A DNA stretch of 24,518 bases from Promethearchaeota archaeon. Lineage in GTDB: Archaea; Asgardarchaeota; Lokiarchaeia; Sigyniarchaeales; SOKP01. The translations under genes and the position numbers were made by a program. Below are positions 1-8,537 of this stretch, in pieces (position 1 is the stretch's first letter; each line of letters opens with the position of its first letter). A model generated the notes under the pieces. It was not told where the DNA came from, did no database searches, and worked only from the letters and a program-made list of their open reading frames with translations. The stretch covers positions 1-24,518 of the forward strand of contig JBHLPW010000067.1 of assembly GCA_048939015.1 (NCBI GenBank), read 5' to 3'.

Positions 1-48
1 TTTTGAATAAATATTTATTTATTTTGAATAAATGTTTATTTATTTTGA
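1..48. repeat. 21-bp tandem repeat, ~2.3 copies visible, runs to the window edge
   Basis: ttttgaataaatatttattta (1-21), ttttgaataaatgtttattta (22-42), ttttga (43-48). The first unit contains the palindrome aataaatatttatt. Confidence 0.75.
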
Positions 49-375
49 CAATTGTATTAAAAAAGTAGAACCTGTATTCCTGCACTCAGATTCAACTAAA
101 ATATCTCCATTGTGAAGTTCAACTATCTTCTTTGAAATGTATAAACCTAAATCACCACCTTCAATATCTAAATATTCAAATTCTTGCCCTTATCTTTCTA
201 TTTTTCCAAATCTAGTGAAAATTTTATTTTTCTCATCGTTAGTGAAACTAATACCAGTATCAGTTACGAAAATTAAAACCCACTTTTCATTTTCTTGAAG
301 TCTAACTTCTACTTTCCCATTAGGGGGTGTATTCTTTATTGCATTTGATATTATATTTATTATTACTTGTTCTAT
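40..375 (-). pseudogene. Histidine kinase HATPase_c remnant with an in-frame stop
   Basis: Manual translation: IEQVIINIISNAIKNTPPNG...VTDTGISF...FTRFGKIER*GQEFEYLDIEGGDLGLYISKKIVELHNGDILVESECRNTGSTF. N, G1, F and G2 boxes are present. There is a TAA at 190-192, and the frame is closed upstream at 400-402, with no H-box. Confidence 0.85.
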
Positions 376-795
376 TGGTTTTAAGATATCTTTTATATAT
401 CATCCTCCTAATAAGAGAGATTTATAACTAAAAGCTATAACTAATGGAGATGATAGAAAAAAATATAATATATTGAGTTTCATGGAGTTTAAAAAAATTA
501 GAATTTGTGATAACCTAATTATTTAAATACAATTTTCTTTATTATCCAAAGCCAATAGAATCTAAAAGAATTATTAAACTCTAACTGGAGTCTTGTATTG
601 AAATCTTTTTATAAACATATTATTTTAATAATTAAAAGTACCTGTCCTATAATATGTCCTAATGTAAAAGATATAAATATGATAAGTTTTTTCTTCTTAT
701 CATTCTGAGATTTAGTATATTATACGAGGATGTTTATAAGAAATGGTAAAATGGTTTAGTAAAAATACAAATATCGATATGAGTGGTCAAAGATT

Positions 796-1542
796 ATGAA
801 AAAAAGCTTTTCAGATATATATGGTGGGCTATTAATTCATGATTTTGGTACTATCCTACAGAACATTCAATCTTCTCTTGAACTTAGTTCAGGATGTTTA
901 AATAAACCGGAACAAATCAGAAAATATTGGAGTATCATAAATAAACAAGTAATCAGGGGAAACCAATTATTATCTAATGTGATAAATTTATCTAAAATTG
1001 ATAATTCTAAGAATTCTCTTCAACATATTGACATTCTCAAAGTCTTAAATAAAGCCATAAAATTTATTGAAGCATCATATCAAGAACAAAATGTTAACAT
1101 TGAAATAAATAATTCTATAATATCAAATTCATTTTTTAATGGAGTATATATTCTAGGTGATAAATTATTACAGAATGTATTTGAAAATATAATATTCAAT
1201 GCAATCTATCATAATCGAAACCAAACAATTCATATTTTAATTAAAATATCAAGGGAAAAGTTGAACAATATTCATTTCATTAGATTAAATTTCATTGATA
1301 ATGGAGTTGGTATTAATGATGGAAGGAAAAAAATAATTTTTCAGAAAGGTGATGTGATTCAAGAAGGGAAAAAAAATATGGGTTTTGGATTAACACTTGT
1401 AAAGAAATTAGTGAAAAAATATAATGGCTATATCTGGGTAGAGGATAAAGTGAAAGGTCAACATAATAAAGGTAGTATTTTTGCTATTATGCTTCCTGAA
1501 TTATGTGAAAATCCATATATTCTAACAATGAGAAGAGAATAA
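796..1542 (+). CDS. Histidine kinase (HisKA + HATPase_c) with no sensor domain
   Basis: H-box LIHDFGTILQNI, N-box LQNVFENIIFNA, G1 FIDNGVGI, G2 GFGLTLVKKLV, then GYIWVED...GSIF. Confidence 0.92.
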   Translation: MKKSFSDIYGGLLIHDFGTILQNIQSSLELSSGCLNKPEQIRKYWSIINKQVIRGNQLLSNVINLSKIDNSKNSLQHIDILKVLNKAIKFIEASYQEQNVNIEINNSIISNSFFNGVYILGDKLLQNVFENIIFNAIYHNRNQTIHILIKISREKLNNIHFIRLNFIDNGVGINDGRKKIIFQKGDVIQEGKKNMGFGLTLVKKLVKKYNGYIWVEDKVKGQHNKGSIFAIMLPELCENPYILTMRRE

Positions 1543-1543
1543 A

Positions 1544-1622
1544 AATTTGAGCACCATATTTTAGGGAGAGATTAACCTATTTTAAGGTTAATAGAGGGCG
1601 AAATCCAATGTTGGCTCAAATT
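1544..1622. other. Nested inverted repeats (possible structured RNA or terminator) after the kinase stop
   Basis: aatttgagc (1544-1552) pairs with gctcaaatt (1614-1622). Inner attaacct (1571-1578) pairs with aggttaat (1585-1592). Confidence 0.5.
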
Positions 1623-2001
1623 AGTTTTGATTAAATTTCTCTTCTACTCTTTTCAAAATTAAACTTGTTTTTATACCTTATCAATTTAAAGCTAATATTT
1701 TCCTCAAAATAAAGAAATATTTCATGTGATGGTTTATTTTTTGTTATTTTCGAGATACTTAATAATAATATAAATAATTAGGCTTGAAAATCTATATAAA
1801 TATTCCAAGAAGTGGATAGGGATTATTATATCAAATATTCATTAAATTTTTCTTTTAAAATTAAAAAAATATCAATTCATTGTTAATTCTAACAGTATTT
1901 AGATGATTAAGTATAATTAATCCTAAAAAAAAGTTAAATTTGTAAGAATTATATACAAACTTATAACACTAAATTTAAATAACCTGCGAAATCTGTAAAA
2001 A

Positions 2002-2247
2002 TTAAGATTTCAATTCTAATCTAATAACTTTTAGGAGTTCCTCCAAAATATGTTTTTTATTGTTTCTACATTCAGTACAAATATAAATTTCTTTATTTAA
2101 TAAAGGAGGATCCTCAGCAAAATTTCCAACTGAGAAAGAACTTATCGAAGTACCAAATAATAGTTTGTAACTTCTCACAAAAATATTTTTTTTACCACAA
2201 ATATCACATTTTCCAGACATATCATAATACATAGTCAGAAATAACAA
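2002..2247 (-). CDS. Small C4 zinc-finger protein (start more likely ATG at 2220, MSGKC)
   Basis: CDIC...CTEC pair followed by a C-terminal helix. Confidence 0.65.
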   Translation of the reverse strand: MLFLTMYYDMSGKCDICGKKNIFVRSYKLLFGTSISSFSVGNFAEDPPLLNKEIYICTECRNNKKHILEELLKVIRLELKS

Positions 2248-2733
2248 AAGATTTCCTTCTAATAGAATTATTGATAATTAAATTAGTACGTTAGAGTGAT
2301 ACGAAAAGCTAATTTTCAATTAGATTTACGATTTTATAAGATTTACGAAGAAAAGTAAAATTAAACTAATTTCATTGCAGACTTATTAAATTAAATAAAA
2401 AATGTTCACCACAGATAGATTATATGTTCTTTGAGTACACAAATCAACGGAAAAGGATAATTTTATAAAAATGAGAAATTTTTAAATAAGTAGCAATGGG
2501 TTTGGTAAGACATCATAAAAATTAGACTCCTATTTATTTACCATTCTAATCTTTCTATTAAATTTCAATAAGAATTATAAACCTAAAGTGGAAAAAGTAT
2601 AACTAATAATAAGAAACTATTTCAGTTATTTTTAAAAATATCTTCAAAAGGCAGTTCAAAATTCGCTAACGGAGAAATTAATCACCAAAAGAATGAGATA
2701 ATAATTGAAAAATTTGAAAATTCTTTAGATATT

Positions 2734-3201
2734 TTGTTTTCAATGTTATTGAATATGGTTCAATTAAAAACAGGAGCGAGAATAGGGATGACTATCTCAA
2801 TAGATTTAACTCGAAGCACTTCTAAGCTGTTTACAGAAAGGATCAATAAATTACACGGTATTATAGATGAACATAGAAAAATTTTAAATGATAAAATTAT
2901 AGAAAAAATTGGAAAATACTTTGATATTATTGCCCCAACAGGATTTTTAAATCCAGAAGATTTTTTAAAATCAGATATCGCTTTAAATATATTAAAAGAA
3001 TTTATTCATAAATATAATAGAACATCGAGTTGTTTTGATCAAATTACTCTTACAATAAAAAAATTAATAGATATCTTAAATCTTGAAGGCAATTATAAAA
3101 ATCCACAACTCATAAAAGATCAGAAATTCTTTGAGGCATTGTTGAAATTAATGATTATTATTTCGAAGCCACGAAAAGGGATATTTGATCTCTTTTCCTA
3201 A
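2734..3201 (+). CDS. Hypothetical protein, mostly helical; start uncertain
   Basis: 155-codon ORF with protein-like composition, convergent with the long minus-strand gene run. Confidence 0.65.
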   Translation: MFSMLLNMVQLKTGARIGMTISIDLTRSTSKLFTERINKLHGIIDEHRKILNDKIIEKIGKYFDIIAPTGFLNPEDFLKSDIALNILKEFIHKYNRTSSCFDQITLTIKKLIDILNLEGNYKNPQLIKDQKFFEALLKLMIIISKPRKGIFDLFS

Positions 3202-3378
3202 TTTTCTTTCTTACTCAAAAATTTAGTATAACCTGTTAAATATCAAAATAGAAGAAATACTGAAAATACGATATAATTACTTAGAGTAGTATTGGATATT
3301 GATATTTTATAAATTGAATCAGAAAAGTGTTCCAACTTATTCCCAATTTGTTATGTTTCTTGTTTATTATGTTATAAA

Positions 3379-3516
3379 TCACCTCGGTTTAAACCCCTCT
3401 TTTTCTTTACAACAATAGACTCCTTGTCTTTGCACTTTGAACATAGTTCTGGAATATACATTACACGCTATCTCTTGTACAGTTAAATATTGCACAGATT
3501 TTTGATTAATATTCAT
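3379..3516 (-). CDS. Possible 45-aa small protein (not in the ORF track)
   Basis: MNINQKSVQYLTVQEIACNVYSRTMFKVQRQGVYCCKKKEGFKPR. Its ATG overlaps the TGA of 3513..3776 (ATGA). Confidence 0.35.
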   Translation of the reverse strand: MNINQKSVQYLTVQEIACNVYSRTMFKVQRQGVYCCKEKEGFKPR

Positions 3517-3776
3517 TCTCTAACATCTATATTCAATTTAATTAATGCTCGAGCCTTCCATTCAGATTTACACGTATCACAGCATAACATCACTCTGTTT
3601 GCACTGTTCCTTATTACATGAGATATTTCCCCTGCTACCCATTTTTTATTTTCCTTTTGACATTTGGGACAAGTCCAATTGAATTTAAAAAAAAATTCCA
3701 ATCCAAATTTATCAATTTGTATGGTTCCAATCTTTGGAAAAGTCTTATTTTTCTCATGGTTAGAGGGTTCAATCAT
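3513..3776 (-). CDS. Small zinc-ribbon protein
   Basis: WTCPKC...CCDTC. Confidence 0.7.
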   Translation of the reverse strand: MIEPSNHEKNKTFPKIGTIQIDKFGLEFFFKFNWTCPKCQKENKKWVAGEISHVIRNSANRVMLCCDTCKSEWKARALIKLNIDVRE

Positions 3777-3800
3777 GGTTCGGGTTCTTGTTGTCTAAGA

Positions 3801-3908
3801 TTAATTTTTTTCAAAGGATAAATCTTTTCCTTGAGTGTAATTAAAATTTTTGCTACATTTTAATCTTAGACTAAGAAATTCATTGATTCTATATTCTTGC
3901 TTGGACAT
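3801..3908 (-). pseudogene. 35-aa ORF, possibly a truncated gene start
   Basis: MSKQEYRINEFLSLRLKCSKNFNYTQGKDLSFEKN*. From memory, YRINEFLSLRL resembles an N-terminal motif common in Lokiarchaeal proteins; unverified. Confidence 0.3.
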
Positions 3909-3932
3909 ATTTTATTTTCATCATAAATTTTT

Positions 3933-4352
3933 TTATGTTTCCAAAAAACAATTCAATTCCTTAACCAATTTCTGAATTTTATTTTCTGTCAATTCGGGTT
4001 TTAATTCCTTAAAAAAGTCGATATCAAAGTGAAATTTAGGATTGGTATAATCAGCTTCGTAAATGTCAATAAAAAATGACTTAAATTCAAAGTTATTTTG
4101 TTTCTCAAATTCATAAATAACATTACAAATTAAGAAATATCGAATCATTTTATTTATCCCTTCTTCTGGAATAATTTCCTTTCGAACTTTAAAAACATGT
4201 TCTTTTAAATAATTGATAAAGCTATTGAAAAGATCAGATCCATATACCTCTTCAAATTTATTAATGAAATTCTCATAAAGTTTCAGATCTATTTCGGAAC
4301 ACTCCAAAAGTTTCATTACTACTTTCTTTTCAAATGAAATATTTACCACCAC
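3933..4352 (-). CDS. Hypothetical protein
   Basis: 139-aa ORF with GTG start, co-oriented in the gene run. Confidence 0.65.
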   Translation of the reverse strand: MVVNISFEKKVVMKLLECSEIDLKLYENFINKFEEVYGSDLFNSFINYLKEHVFKVRKEIIPEEGINKMIRYFLICNVIYEFEKQNNFEFKSFFIDIYEADYTNPKFHFDIDFFKELKPELTENKIQKLVKELNCFLET

Positions 4353-4465
4353 TTAATTTTTAATTTTTTATTAAATTTCTTTGTATATCATAACTTTTTC
4401 TTCAATTCTAGAATATCTTATAATTTTACTTTATTTGTATCAAATTTATTCATCTTTTCATTTTT

Positions 4466-4858
4466 TTATGTCGGAATAAAATAATTTTTATCAAACTTCA
4501 AATTATTTTTATCTAAATATCGCTTGAAATCTCTCATTGATTGATTATAGTATAGTTTTATTAATTTGGCAATTTTTGTAATTTTTCTATATATCTTTGG
4601 GACATTTCTAATGTCTTTAAAATAAATTGCATTAATTTCATATAACTTATTCTCTAATGTGTCAATTGTCTTCATTATTTCACTAAATCGTATATAATTT
4701 GAAACATCCTTTGGACGAAAACAGGCTATATTTGGTTGCAAAACCTCTATATATTTAAATTCACAGTAATACTCATCCGCGTCTTTCACACAATCCACAC
4801 ATCTTAAGCATAACTCTGGTATATCTTTTTTTTCTTCCTTCTCTAAAGTTTTATTCAT
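4466..4858 (-). CDS. Hypothetical protein with N-terminal Cys cluster
   Basis: CLRCVDC-x8-C...C followed by helical hairpin; GGGGGA SD-like site upstream. Confidence 0.75.
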   Translation of the reverse strand: MNKTLEKEEKKDIPELCLRCVDCVKDADEYYCEFKYIEVLQPNIACFRPKDVSNYIRFSEIMKTIDTLENKLYEINAIYFKDIRNVPKIYRKITKIAKLIKLYYNQSMRDFKRYLDKNNLKFDKNYFIPT

Positions 4859-4877
4859 TTCTTAAATCCCCCATCAA

Positions 4878-5471
4878 TTATTTTATTGGAAACTCTCTTA
4901 TAATATCATTTCCTTCAATTCTAATAATCTGTATTGTTGACTCTGGAAAAAGGACAATTTCTTTTTCATCTAGACCAATATTCAATTCACTATTTTTAAG
5001 TAGAGTTATCTTCCAATCAACATCCTTCTTAAAAATTAATCCAGTCACAAGATAAACGTTGCTATCGTTAATTTCTTCACATGGATATAAAGAATCTGTA
5101 CTCCATGTCCATACATCAGACTTACCTTTCCTTGAAACGCATAATTCTTTCTTAGAATCTTGAAGTAGCTCATTCTTCCAATCAATTTCCCAAAAACTAT
5201 AAATCTTGAAAGGATCAGTAAAAGTTTGATATATAAAGACCAATTGGTTAAACTGGTCAGTAATCTCTTTCTCAAGTATTTTCATAGCTTCTAATTTGGA
5301 TACTTTTTTGGAATATGAAATATTCTCTACATGAGTTTTCAATTGATCAGGGTAGTATTTCCTCCATTCTACTAAAAAAGGCGGTAATAGTTCATTTAAC
5401 TCTTCAGGATCTTCTACACTTATTTTTGCCCAAGGTCGATTATTATTTTTTATCCTTAATTTTTCATCCAT
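4878..5471 (-). CDS. Hypothetical protein, possible ADP-ribosyltransferase-like fold
   Basis: Motif order FKIYS...VWTWSTD...VYLVTG...DVDW...DEKEIVL...IQIIRIE resembles the R-S-ExE ART core, but the Arg position is Ser. Confidence applies mainly to the CDS. Confidence 0.6.
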   Translation of the reverse strand: MDEKLRIKNNNRPWAKISVEDPEELNELLPPFLVEWRKYYPDQLKTHVENISYSKKVSKLEAMKILEKEITDQFNQLVFIYQTFTDPFKIYSFWEIDWKNELLQDSKKELCVSRKGKSDVWTWSTDSLYPCEEINDSNVYLVTGLIFKKDVDWKITLLKNSELNIGLDEKEIVLFPESTIQIIRIEGNDIIREFPIK

Positions 5472-5485
5472 ATTTACTCACGTAC

Positions 5486-5776
5486 TCACAATTCTAATTT
5501 TCTTAATTTATTACTGATTGATTTCCTTCTAAGAATAAGCTTAAACTCTCGACGGGAGGCTTGCAATTTATCGAAATAACTATCCAAACTGCTAAAATTT
5601 GTGAAGAAATGTTTTTCTTCGCCAAAAATAATTTCAATTCCTTTATTAAATCCTTCTTTCTTAATAATTGCATAAATTCCTCCAAGATCTTCATCATGCT
5701 TTAAAAATATTTGGGAATTAGTATTTTTCTTTGACCAAAACCCATTTTCTAATAGATAATTTTGATACATACACAT
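5486..5776 (-). CDS. Hypothetical protein
   Basis: 96-aa ORF tightly packed between neighbours. Confidence 0.65.
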   Translation of the reverse strand: MCMYQNYLLENGFWSKKNTNSQIFLKHDEDLGGIYAIIKKEGFNKGIEIIFGEEKHFFTNFSSLDSYFDKLQASRREFKLILRRKSISNKLRKLEL

Positions 5777-5780
5777 TTTG

Positions 5781-5996
5781 CTAAGAAATATCCCTCCAAA
5801 GAATAATTTGTTTATAAGGTAAAGGATATCCCGCTAAAGAATAGTGACTAAACACATTGAATTCATCACAACAAATAGAAATGAAGATAGGAATGCTGCT
5901 ATTTAAATCTAGACGATGTAAATGAATATCAATAAAGATTAGCGGGATGCCCCTTGGTTTTGCTATTAAATTTAGACTCTTTTTGAATGTTCTCAT
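5781..5996 (-). CDS. Hypothetical protein
   Basis: 71 aa; ATGA overlap with the upstream C2H2 ORF; GAAGTGA SD-like site. Confidence 0.55.
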   Translation of the reverse strand: MRTFKKSLNLIAKPRGIPLIFIDIHLHRLDLNSSIPIFISICCDEFNVFSHYSLAGYPLPYKQIILWRDIS

Positions 5997-6136
5997 TTAA
6001 TCACTTCTTTTTTCTTTATGGGGTTTCGATTATTGTGGTGTTGCTGAATGTGTCTTTTTAGATCTATTTTTTGAAACATAAAACTACAATATGGACATTG
6101 CTTCAATTTATTCTTCCTTATTGACATTATATCCAT
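5993..6136 (-). CDS. 47-aa C2H2 zinc-finger protein (not in the ORF track)
   Basis: MDIMSIRKNKLKQCPYCSFMFQKIDLKRHIQQHHNNRNPIKKKEVIK. ATG directly follows the upstream TAA, and its TGA overlaps the next ATG. Confidence 0.8.
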   Translation of the reverse strand: MDIMSIRKNKLKQCPYCSFMFQKIDLKRHIQQHHNNRNPIKKKEVIK

Positions 6137-6661
6137 TTAAGACCTCCAATTTTGATATAATAGTTCATGATGTGTCTCATGAGCAATTAATTCTCGTGCT
6201 ACTTGAATTTGGGCTTGTCTGAATTCTTTAGAACATATAATAGTTTCCCATTCACTTCTTGGGAGATCTTCATATTTTATCCCATGATCTTCGAGGAGAC
6301 ATTCAAAGATATTATCATCAACACGTGAGAGTAAAATATACTTAGGACATTTGATATAATACTTTCCATCAATCTTTTCCTTCCTAACAAGTTTGTTAAT
6401 AGAAATTTGATTATCATATTTAATCGAGTGAAGGCTCTTTTTTTCTGCTTTAAACTTTTCTTTATTAAAAGGTTTTAATACCCAAATCCAGATATGCTCT
6501 TCGCTTAGTGATTCCCTTAATGAGGATGATAATTCTTCCTCAGTAATTTTTATGTTATATTGTTCATCTAAATCGCAGATGATTTCATCCTCATCTTCCC
6601 CCGTCTTTCTTACAATTTTTTCCAATGCTAACAATACATCAGCAATTTTAATTTGTTTCAT
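6137..6661 (-). CDS. Hypothetical protein with C-terminal HExxH motif
   Basis: RELIAHETHHELLY near the C-terminus; GGGAG SD-like site. Confidence 0.75.
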   Translation of the reverse strand: MKQIKIADVLLALEKIVRKTGEDEDEIICDLDEQYNIKITEEELSSSLRESLSEEHIWIWVLKPFNKEKFKAEKKSLHSIKYDNQISINKLVRKEKIDGKYYIKCPKYILLSRVDDNIFECLLEDHGIKYEDLPRSEWETIICSKEFRQAQIQVARELIAHETHHELLYQNWRS

Positions 6662-6753
6662 TTCTTTCTCCCATCATTTTATAAAATCCTGCTTAATTCA
6701 GTGTTCACTATTGTTATTTCCTTTTCCTAATAGTTTTATTTTCATTTTTTTTT

Positions 6754-7311
6754 TCACTCCTTCTTTTTGAATTTATTGGGGGTATTTTCATAGATTTTAT
6801 CAACTACTTTTCTAAATTTAGAAAAATTTTTGTAATTAGCGAGGAATTCAAAACAGTCATCTTCGATATTATCTATTAAAAAGTCAATTTCTTTGCTTAT
6901 TAAAGCGACAATAAATTCCTCAGGTCTTAATGGAATCTCTTTGCATAAGTGCGTTATAGCTTTCGAAATTAATAGAGGAATTTGAGCATCAACTTTTATT
7001 TTTTTTTCAGGTTTTTCATTGGACTTGATAAGTGGGTGTACACTACCCAATTGTGTTGTGTTAAAATATACACTAATAACATCAAAATATTCCCCTTCAA
7101 TATCATCTGCAATATTAAATAACTTGTTTCTAACTGTAGCAACAATAAATTTGCTAAACTCAATACAGAAAGTTTCGCAAAATACCTGAATTTTTTCATT
7201 TGTTTCTTCACTAAAATAGAGTTCATATTGTTGATATTTTTTATCTAAAGGAAAATTTCGAGATATTCCATCATGATTATCCTCATTTGTATATTCAATT
7301 GATTTTTTGAT
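6754..7311 (-). CDS. Two-repeat RHH-like protein, ~185 aa, probable non-canonical ATC/ATT start (track shows only 6754..7050)
   Basis: The frame is open from 7323 to 6754. The extension encodes YELYFSEETNEKIQVFCETFCIEFSKFIVATVRNKLFNIADDIEG, similar to the repeats in 7589..8287. SD GAGGTGA lies just upstream of ATT (7314) and ATC (7311). Confidence 0.7.
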   Translation of the reverse strand: MKKSIEYTNEDNHDGISRNFPLDKKYQQYELYFSEETNEKIQVFCETFCIEFSKFIVATVRNKLFNIADDIEGEYFDVISVYFNTTQLGSVHPLIKSNEKPEKKIKVDAQIPLLISKAITHLCKEIPLRPEEFIVALISKEIDFLIDNIEDDCFEFLANYKNFSKFRKVVDKIYENTPNKFKKKE

Positions 7312-7323
7312 AATTTTATCACC

Positions 7324-7596
7324 TCAAACTTCATTTTCAATGTTGTTATAATATTGGGTTATACCTTCAGAAAGATTCTTTCTAAAGGTATCTGAATCTT
7401 TCATATAGCGGAGTATTTCTCCCTCTGATTTATGAAAAAAATTAAGTTGGTCAATGATAAGTAGTGTACATAAATCATCAAGTTCTCTGTCAGTAATTCT
7501 ACATAATGATTCAATGACTGGTGTTAACTTTTCTGGAATCTTTAACGATATATTTAAAACAGAGATTTCAGTTTCATTATTTAGATTTTTATTCAT
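7324..7596 (-). CDS. Single-repeat RHH-like protein
   Basis: LNISLKIPEKLTPVIESLCRITDRELDDLCTLLIIDQL fits a strand-helix-helix pattern; overlaps the upstream gene by 8 nt. Confidence 0.7.
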   Translation of the reverse strand: MNKNLNNETEISVLNISLKIPEKLTPVIESLCRITDRELDDLCTLLIIDQLNFFHKSEGEILRYMKDSDTFRKNLSEGITQYYNNIENEV

Positions 7597-8287
7597 TTGT
7601 GTTCACATCCTCATTTTCTAATAATTTATTAATACCGTTAAATTGATTCACATCATTGGTGTCATCTCCCTTCTTGTTCTCTGTTTTATCTTTATCTGGG
7701 TTTGAAGGTTCTGTCGTATCTGATTTGAAAAAATCCTCAAGAGCCTGTTTAATTTTAGGGATATTACAGAAATATTCAATATCAGAATAATATCCCGCAT
7801 AAATCCTATCACCAATATTCGCAAACTGCAGTTCTATAGCTTTACTTATAAATAATTCTGGGATATTATGGATTTCTTCACAAATTCTCTTAATTGTAGT
7901 ATTAATCTTTCGACTTATTTCAACAGAGATATTTTTAGTTTTTATTTCTGGTGTGTCAGGTAATTCTCCCTCCAAATCATCATCGTATTCATCATCATCA
8001 TTAAAGATTTCATCAATCCCAAAATGAAGAAAACTTATCAAACTGTATTCTTTTCCTCTAATATCATTTAAAATCTCATATAAGTGATTTTCTAACAGAT
8101 AATCAAATAGGTTTTCATAAGAAGTTTTTAATCTGCTAATAAACAAATCCATCCTATCAACTATTTTCTGTGGAAAGGGAATACTATATTCAACGCCATT
8201 TTTTTCCCTTATCTCAGGTAGAATACTTGGATTTTCAATATCATTTTGTCCTATCATTTTAATATATTCTATTCTGATTATTTTCAA
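7589..8287 (-). CDS. Two-repeat RHH-like protein with acidic linker (start may be ATG ~8257)
   Basis: YSIPFPQKIVDRMDLFISRLKTSYENLFDYLL and NISVEISRKINTTIKRICEEIHNIPELFISKAI, separated by DDDEYDDDLEGE. Confidence 0.72.
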   Translation of the reverse strand: MKIIRIEYIKMIGQNDIENPSILPEIREKNGVEYSIPFPQKIVDRMDLFISRLKTSYENLFDYLLENHLYEILNDIRGKEYSLISFLHFGIDEIFNDDDEYDDDLEGELPDTPEIKTKNISVEISRKINTTIKRICEEIHNIPELFISKAIELQFANIGDRIYAGYYSDIEYFCNIPKIKQALEDFFKSDTTEPSNPDKDKTENKKGDDTNDVNQFNGINKLLENEDVNTNE

Positions 8288-8303
8288 ATTTATAATATAC
8301 TTT

Positions 8304-8537
8304 TCAAGAATTACAAATCCTAATTTTAATTTCGATTTTCCTAAATCTATTTAATTCATAAACCCTATCAGTTATCTTATCATACCAAAGTTCATAATCA
8401 TTAGTCTTTTTCCTATCCACAATTTTATTATCAACCTTATATTCGCAAATATATTGTGTGTTTTTATTAAATCTATAAATTGAATAAGACCCCTTGCAAT
8501 GCTTTGTAAAAGAGTTATTTTTTTCTGCCATTTTCAC
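8304..8537 (-). CDS. Hypothetical protein, first gene of the leftward run
   Basis: 77-aa basic ORF next to the divergent intergenic region. Confidence 0.55.
   Translation of the reverse strand: MKMAEKNNSFTKHCKGSYSIYRFNKNTQYICEYKVDNKIVDRKKTNDYELWYDKITDRVYELNRFRKIEIKIRICNS

Noticed and set aside
1-48. CRISPR array
   Set aside because: Units are contiguous with no spacers, and no cas genes are present.
1560-1605. Glycine riboswitch or hammerhead ribozyme
   Set aside because: Only a GGAGAG or GAAA fragment matches; the remaining conserved cores are missing.
3618-6770. Track ORFs 3618..3821+, 5045..5275-, 5315..5497+, 5503..5697-, 6552..6770+
   Set aside because: Overlap better-supported genes and have shadow-frame composition.
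6996-7226. 76-aa track ORF
   Set aside because: Alternative frame of the extended gene 6754..7311, whose frame carries the paralogous repeat.
7324-7326. Selenocysteine recoding of this TGA
   Set aside because: The TGA is part of an SD for the next gene, lies in a linker rather than at a Cys-aligned site, and I saw no SECIS.
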